Virus record (IMG/VR): IMGVR_UViG_3300047275_000100
Location: 1-29,377 of that record
DNA: 29,377 nucleotides
Source: a virus
Taxonomy: Duplodnaviria; Caudoviricetes
Direction: 5' to 3' (one strand)
Shown here: positions 24,566-29,377 of the stretch, in pieces
How the letters are laid out: every line of letters starts with the position of its first letter
Numbering within the stretch: the first letter of the stretch is position 1
The notes under the pieces: model-generated
Seen by the model: the letters and a program-made list of their open reading frames with translations, nothing else
Told to the model about the DNA's origin: nothing
Databases searched by the model: none
Program-made: the position numbers and the translations under genes

Positions 24566-25014
24566 TGCAACCTTGTTCCGCCTGAGTTCAGATTTATGCC
24601 GAGGCCCAGCTCGGCATCCATGCGCTCGCTGGAAAGCAGCGATCGCCGCCCGCCTCTGGTTCTGGCCCGCAGGGCAGAGGCCTCGGATGCAGCAGCCTTG
24701 CGGCGCTCCTCATCAGCTGCGGCCTGCACCTCTTTGGCTTTTTGCTCCATGGCCAGCTTGTTCTCCTCGTATGACTTTGACTGCAATTCAAACTGCTGGC
24801 GGGCAACATCTGCCTGCTGTTGCAAAGATGTGGCTTGCTCTGCATAAGCCTGTGTCTGTTTTGCAATCTCTGCTCGCATTGCAGCCTGGTCTGCAGCTTG
24901 CTGGCTTAGTGCTTGACTTTGCTGCTGTATCGCACGCGATTGCGCTTTTCTGGCTTGACTCGCCTGATAAGCAGCCGAGCCAATAATGGCAAATGCAATA
25001 AAGGGCATGGTCAA
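24562..25014 (-). CDS. Putative small virion protein (T7 gp7.3-like position and architecture)
   Basis: Hydrophobic N-terminus, Gln/Ala coiled coil, and C-terminal RARTRGGRRSLLS. Start is at 25014 or 25008. Confidence 0.7.
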   Translation of the reverse strand: MTMPFIAFAIIGSAAYQASQARKAQSRAIQQQSQALSQQAADQAAMRAEIAKQTQAYAEQATSLQQQADVARQQFELQSKSYEENKLAMEQKAKEVQAAADEERRKAAASEASALRARTRGGRRSLLSSERMDAELGLGINLNSGGTRLQ

Positions 25015-25391
25015 CCTCCAATCAAAACTTCATCTACCTTGTCTGGGTCTGTCTCATCAGTGGCATGGATACAGAACCAAACAGCGTCTTCGTGGGCAAC
25101 GATCCTGTGCTTGATGCCGGCCTTGATGGTGATGCAGGCCGGCGCCGTGTATTCAGTCACGCTGCCATCCAAGTCCACCGTCACGCGGCCTTTGGCCAGG
25201 ATGCTCAGGTGGTTGTAGCTGTGCGAGTGCTTGACCGCAAAGTGGTTGGCAGGCAGCGTCATCTGCTTGGCGTAGACGCCGGCAGCGAAGTGATGCACCA
25301 CACAAGGATCTGCGTCGATACTCATACCAATAGATTCTATTGGACTTTGGACGGCATGCAAGTCGTGCGATATCGCTGCGCTATCGCGCAC
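25011..25391 (-). CDS. Cupin-domain protein
   Basis: HHFAAGVYAKQM, HSHSYNHLSILAKG, IKAGIKHRI and WFCIH give a cupin His metal-binding motif. The start is uncertain (GTG 25391 or a downstream ATG). Confidence 0.8.
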   Translation of the reverse strand: MRDSAAISHDLHAVQSPIESIGMSIDADPCVVHHFAAGVYAKQMTLPANHFAVKHSHSYNHLSILAKGRVTVDLDGSVTEYTAPACITIKAGIKHRIVAHEDAVWFCIHATDETDPDKVDEVLIGG

Positions 25392-26943
25392 TAAAAATAT
25401 CGAAATCCTGTTGCATGATGACCGTCTGATTCATGGGCCTGCCCCCCAGGCTGGGGGTGCGGGTCATGCGGTTGTACTCGCCGCCTCCAAGCATGAGGTA
25501 GCCGAATGAGTCGCCAATGTGCGAATGCTCGTTCTTGTTGGGCGCATCGCGGAAACGCTCTTGACCTGCACCCACTGCCACCCTCTTAAAATGGTAGCCG
25601 CCGCCCAGTGCCTTGCGGAGGAGCTTGCATTGCCTGTTCACAATGAGGCCTGGCTTGCCGGCAATCAGCCGCTGCATGGGGGCTGCCGCAGCTTCTCGCC
25701 GCACCTTGAAGTCGTTGCTGGCGGTCGGTTGCGCCCGTAGCCCCAGCGTTCGCAGGAAGTCGAAGCTGGTCACCTCATAGATCGCATCCCTGGCCATGCC
25801 TGCTGGGTCGCCCCACAGCAGCACCTGGTGGTTTGGATACTGAGCGTTGAGCATGGCCAGCAGCTCCATGCCAAAGCGCTCGAGGCCCATGTCGAAGGTC
25901 ACGATCTCCTTGTGGATTAGCCACCGGCCATTGGGCAGCCGCTGGCCAATGGTGGCCGCCGGTGTCAGACCGAAGTCCAGGCCCACCTGGATCGGCACAG
26001 TTGGATCTACCTCGGTGTCACCGGACATGGTGCTGTCCTCGTACTCTGGCCAGACAGGCCGACCCTCTTGCACATAGGTGTACAGGCCGCCGGCATAGCA
26101 CCTGATCCAATCGAGGTTCTTACCGAGCAGCATCTGCGGGTAATAACCTGGGGGCAAGTTGTGGAGATTCTCTGCAGAAGGGTTGATCTTCCACCACTTG
26201 CCGGCAGAGAAGACATGGTCATTGGCCTCGGGGTTGTCGGGCAGGGAGTCGGGGTCGGCCTCCATGACGCCGCCTGGCTGCTTCCAGAACTTCCAGGCAT
26301 AGGGGCCGGTCATGCGCTCTTTCTCGGCCATGTTGTGCCACCAGTGGTCGTCATCCATGGGGTTGGTGTCCATCCAAATGCCGTGCCAGGTGGCGCCGCC
26401 GTCGCGCTTGGTAGGGTAGCGACCGACCCGGTGGGTCAGGCCGTCGATCACCGCCTTGGGCAGCTCGCGGGCCTCGTTGACCCAGGCGCCGGTCAGCTCG
26501 AGCGAGAGCAGCTTTCTGACATCCTTGGGCTGGTCGAGTGCCAGAAAGATGACCTCGCAGTCGATGCCGGCGGCATCCCCGCGGGCGGGCAGCCTGATGT
26601 GGTGAGTGATGGGTGGCGTCCATAGCATGGGGCCGAAGGTGGCCTCGGGGAACAGATCCAGCCAGGTCTTGATGGTGGTGGTCTTGAGCATGGGGTAGCT
26701 GTTTCGCACCACCGCCCACCTGGTGTAGCGGATGTTGTCGTGGGGGCTGGGCTTTTGCTGGATGGCCTTCTTGAAGATCTTGGCCGCGCAGCCGTAGCTC
26801 TTTCCAGACCCCACCGGCCCCATGATGCCTTGAACGAAGGCATTGCTCTGGAAGAAGTCATAGATGACGGGAGACTGAGAGAAGTCAAACCGCAGCCCGC
26901 CGGCACTGACCTCCTTGCTGCTCTGCTCCTTGGTCTTGCTCAT
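25381..26943 (-). CDS. terL: Terminase large subunit
   Basis: Walker A GPVGSGKS, Walker B AWVNEARE, coupling motif DTNP, nuclease GLDFGLTP and SHIGDSFGY. Start reassigned to MSKTKEQ (ATGA overlap). Confidence 0.95.
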   Translation of the reverse strand: MSKTKEQSSKEVSAGGLRFDFSQSPVIYDFFQSNAFVQGIMGPVGSGKSYGCAAKIFKKAIQQKPSPHDNIRYTRWAVVRNSYPMLKTTTIKTWLDLFPEATFGPMLWTPPITHHIRLPARGDAAGIDCEVIFLALDQPKDVRKLLSLELTGAWVNEARELPKAVIDGLTHRVGRYPTKRDGGATWHGIWMDTNPMDDDHWWHNMAEKERMTGPYAWKFWKQPGGVMEADPDSLPDNPEANDHVFSAGKWWKINPSAENLHNLPPGYYPQMLLGKNLDWIRCYAGGLYTYVQEGRPVWPEYEDSTMSGDTEVDPTVPIQVGLDFGLTPAATIGQRLPNGRWLIHKEIVTFDMGLERFGMELLAMLNAQYPNHQVLLWGDPAGMARDAIYEVTSFDFLRTLGLRAQPTASNDFKVRREAAAAPMQRLIAGKPGLIVNRQCKLLRKALGGGYHFKRVAVGAGQERFRDAPNKNEHSHIGDSFGYLMLGGGEYNRMTRTPSLGGRPMNQTVIMQQDFDIFSAR

Positions 26944-27251
26944 GCCTGCCCCCTTGCGCGGATGGCGGCGATGCAATCGTCAGCGCCAACAACATCAACG
27001 CTGTCGCAGTCACGAATGCACGCCTCGCGCTCGGACTCACGCACCTGCCATTCAAGCTCTTTCAGCAGGTCTTCGGTCGTATCACCGTGGCCGGTGGCGT
27101 AGCTGTGGTCAATCATCCACTGCGCCACCTTGTTGCGCTCGGCTGCGGCGACAAGTGCGGCGAAGCGTTCAAGAAAATCAGTCATGCCTTCCGCGTGGGA
27201 TTGTGAAATCCCAGCCTCCCGCGCCATGCGGATGATGTCGTCTCTGGTCAT
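26940..27251 (-). CDS. Hypothetical phage protein inserted between terS and terL
   Basis: 103 aa, MTRDDIIRMAREAG...LERFAALV...EREAC...AAIRARG, with ATGA overlaps on both sides. Confidence 0.78.
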   Translation of the reverse strand: MTRDDIIRMAREAGISQSHAEGMTDFLERFAALVAAAERNKVAQWMIDHSYATGHGDTTEDLLKELEWQVRESEREACIRDCDSVDVVGADDCIAAIRARGQA

Positions 27252-27676
27252 TGCTCTCCCCTCGGTGGCGGTGCCACCACATTCACATCTATCACACTAG
27301 GCTTGTCGTCCTGGTCAGGGTTGTCCAGCAAGCCAGACGCCTTGGCCAGCAGACGCAGCACGCCCACCTTGTCGTACAGCTCCACCTCGAGTGTGCTGTT
27401 GCCCTCCCGGTCAGTCTTGACCCGGATGTTCTTGATCGACTGCAATGCCGGCTCAGGGATGGCGCTGGAGGGCTTGACCCTCACAGTCCCAGACTCATCC
27501 CATTCCACAATGTCAGTGATCTTGGTATTGGCCAGGCACAGCAGCGCATAGGCAACCGCCTCACGGTTCTGCACAAGCGTGCTGCTGCGCTCCATCCTGC
27601 GCTCAATAGAACGCACACCACCCCAGTTCTTCAGGCTGGGGATCTGCTCACTCAGGCGAGACTTAGTCCTGGCCAT
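27248..27676 (-). CDS. terS: Terminase small subunit
   Basis: ITDIVEWDESGTVRVKPS...SIKNIRV...EVELYDKVGVLRLLAKASGL matches the terS oligomerisation region. Located upstream of terL. Confidence 0.8.
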   Translation of the reverse strand: MARTKSRLSEQIPSLKNWGGVRSIERRMERSSTLVQNREAVAYALLCLANTKITDIVEWDESGTVRVKPSSAIPEPALQSIKNIRVKTDREGNSTLEVELYDKVGVLRLLAKASGLLDNPDQDDKPSVIDVNVVAPPPRGEQ

Positions 27677-27942
27677 CAGAAGGGAATATCCTCATCGCCA
27701 CCAGGCTGAGGCTGGAAACCATCTGCCTTGGCCTGGCTGTGCTGGCTCACAGTCACCTGCTCACCCATGGACAAACTGAACCACGGCTCACCAGCCGCAG
27801 TCTTCTTCACCCACATACTGACGTAGTGCACCCGGCCATCAGGCAGCATCAGCTTGCCCTTGTACCCAGGATGCTTGTCAGTCGTCTTCTTGTCATTCTT
27901 GAACAGGCTCCCCTGTCCAGCTCTCATTTCGTAAGCCATCAC
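27676..27942 (-). CDS. Small ssDNA-binding-like protein
   Basis: GSLFKNDKK...HPGYKG beta-rich core and acidic C-terminal tail DEDIPF (SSB-Ct-like). AAAGGAG RBS. Confidence 0.65.
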   Translation of the reverse strand: MMAYEMRAGQGSLFKNDKKTTDKHPGYKGKLMLPDGRVHYVSMWVKKTAAGEPWFSLSMGEQVTVSQHSQAKADGFQPQPGGDEDIPF

Positions 27943-27997
27943 TAACTCCTTTCAAAACATTGTCATGGAAAAACGAGGGAAAATTGGTAACCACGTT

Positions 27998-28267
27998 TCA
28001 GCCGTTTTCAGGCCCAGTGGCTACCTCGGTATCAACTGCACCCTGATCGCCCGTCCCAGGACGGTAGAGAAGGTCTGCATTCACCATCGGGGAACCAACC
28101 CAGAACCCAGCTGAGTTCTTGGCCATGCCTTTGGCCAGCATCTGGTCGGCATTCAGGCAGCGCCTATCCACACCATGCTGACCCACCCGGTGCTTGTCGA
28201 AAGCAGCCGTGCTGTTGAAGTACTCGTCGCAACCAGGGCACTGGTTTCGGTCACCTGTCAGTCTCAT
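27998..28267 (-). CDS. Small zinc-binding protein (CxxC...FDKHR...C, FDXHR type)
   Basis: MRLTGDRNQCPGCDEYFNSTAAFDKHRVG...RRCL. Start placed at ATG 28267; the frame is open upstream to 28600. Confidence 0.72.
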   Translation of the reverse strand: MRLTGDRNQCPGCDEYFNSTAAFDKHRVGQHGVDRRCLNADQMLAKGMAKNSAGFWVGSPMVNADLLYRPGTGDQGAVDTEVATGPENG

Positions 28268-28596
28268 GGGGAAACCCTTTCCAAGAAAAGTGGGGGAAAA
28301 ATTGCGGGTGGCCCCCACTCGCACAAGCCAAGGGGGAGGGGGCAAAGGGTGCCTCCACGCGCCCGCTGACGCACGCGGTATCGCGCACGCGATGCGCTGG
28401 CGCGTATAGGACAGGCCGGCCGTCCCTTGGCATGGCCATGGCCCCCCCTGTCCAAAATCCATACGTTCGTCTGGGTTTCGTACAGATCGCGTAGAACGGC
28501 CTACAGGCGCTCGGACAGGCAGATGGCTACCTACCCCTTGCCCGTGCCCCGATCGCGTCTCCTGCGGCCCGCCAGATGCCTTGCCGAGGGTCTGGC

Positions 28597-29377
28597 TCAT
28601 GCCGTGTCCCGGTGCATCTGCAGGATGCCGTCAGCCAGCACCTGGGCAGTCGGCGTCAGTCCCTCGGCCTGGTAGATCGGCAGAAGGATGTCGAGGCTTT
28701 CAACAATCTGCTTTTCGTTCAAATTGCTTTTCGAGTTGCTTAGAACGTATATAACCTCCTTGTATATAACCTCTCTTTGTTCTGTGTTATTGGCAACCTC
28801 TGGAGGTAGCGATAAAGACCCCTCCAGGTTGCCTATGGAGGTGTCTGCAGGTTGCCTATGTGAGGCCATCTCATTGGCAACCTCTGGAGGTTGCGTATGG
28901 GAGCGCTTTGTACGCTTGGCCTGGGCGGCTTTGATCTCCTCTTTCATCTTTCTTGTTGTAACGGTTTCGTTGCCTGGTGGCATGGTTCTGCTCCTGGTTG
29001 GTGGTTGTCTGAGCGCCTGGCTGATGAGCTTGGCGATGCGTGCCTGGCCGGCTGGGTCTGGTGTCTGGTTGGCTTGTTCCTCCTGATCTCGTTTCATGCG
29101 TGGTGACCTGGTGTCTTCCTGGGCGCTGGTGATGGCGACCGCGTCCTCAGCTTTGATGCTGGGGTCGAATATCACCCGGACGGTATTGGTGCGCTCGCCC
29201 CGGAAGCCTTTGCTGACCACCTCGACGTAGCCTGTCTGGGTGAGCAGCTTCATCTGCTTGGTGACTGCCTGGCGGCTGATGCCCAGATCCTTGGCGAGCT
29301 TGTCCTGGCCGACCCAGGTGATGCCTGCCCGGTTGCAGTAGCTGCAGAGGACGATCAGGCAGCGCAGGGTGCCGCCA
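28597..29377 (-). CDS. Putative replication initiator with N-terminal HTH (lambda O-like architecture), 5'-partial
   Basis: Frame is open to the window edge: LRCLIVLCSYCNRAGITWVGQDKLAKDLGISRQAVTKQMKLLTQTGYV is a winged HTH. An internal DNA repeat cluster is present. Confidence 0.72.
   Translation of the reverse strand, partial: GGTLRCLIVLCSYCNRAGITWVGQDKLAKDLGISRQAVTKQMKLLTQTGYVEVVSKGFRGERTNTVRVIFDPSIKAEDAVAITSAQEDTRSPRMKRDQEEQANQTPDPAGQARIAKLISQALRQPPTRSRTMPPGNETVTTRKMKEEIKAAQAKRTKRSHTQPPEVANEMASHRQPADTSIGNLEGSLSLPPEVANNTEQREVIYKEVIYVLSNSKSNLNEKQIVESLDILLPIYQAEGLTPTAQVLADGILQMHRDTA
28700..28900. repeat. Iteron-like repeats with adjacent AT-rich tract; candidate replication origin
   Basis: ATTGGCAACCTCTGGAGGT x2 (28789-28807, 28873-28891), CAGGTTGCCTATG x2 (28825-28837, 28848-28860), GTATATAACCTC x2 (28747-28758, 28762-28773). 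Confidence 0.7.

Noticed and set aside
26944-26976. Longer terL start at 26976
   Set aside because: It lies inside the upstream gene. ATG 26943 forms an ATGA overlap with a purine-rich RBS-like sequence.
1-29377. Stop-codon reassignment
   Set aside because: Genes are full length in the standard code and end in TAA, TAG and TGA.

Overview
The window is a 29.4-kb, GC-rich fragment of a tailed dsDNA phage or prophage of podovirus type, with a BPP-1/T7-like virion module. The host is probably a Gram-negative proteobacterium (inference). The + strand (1-2503) carries an early recombination cluster with a YqaJ-type exonuclease and a RecT-like annealase. The rest is one long minus-strand block. Read right to left it contains: a partial HTH replication initiator with an iteron-like repeat cluster, a zinc-binding protein, an SSB-like protein, TerS, TerL, a cupin, five small or basic proteins, portal, scaffold, major capsid, tail tubular proteins A and B, four putative internal (ejection) proteins, a tail fibre with a C-terminal S74 chaperone, and a lysis region (membrane proteins, holin-like protein, GH24 lysozyme) with no recognisable spanins. 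The most notable item is a 786-aa protein in the ejection-protein block that carries an apparently intact Ogg2/EndoIII-like HhH DNA glycosylase/AP-lyase domain (K517/D535), a candidate virion-injected DNA-processing enzyme. Five short ORFs missing from, or not called as such by, the ORF track were added. All family assignments come from motif recognition by eye and were not searched against databases.
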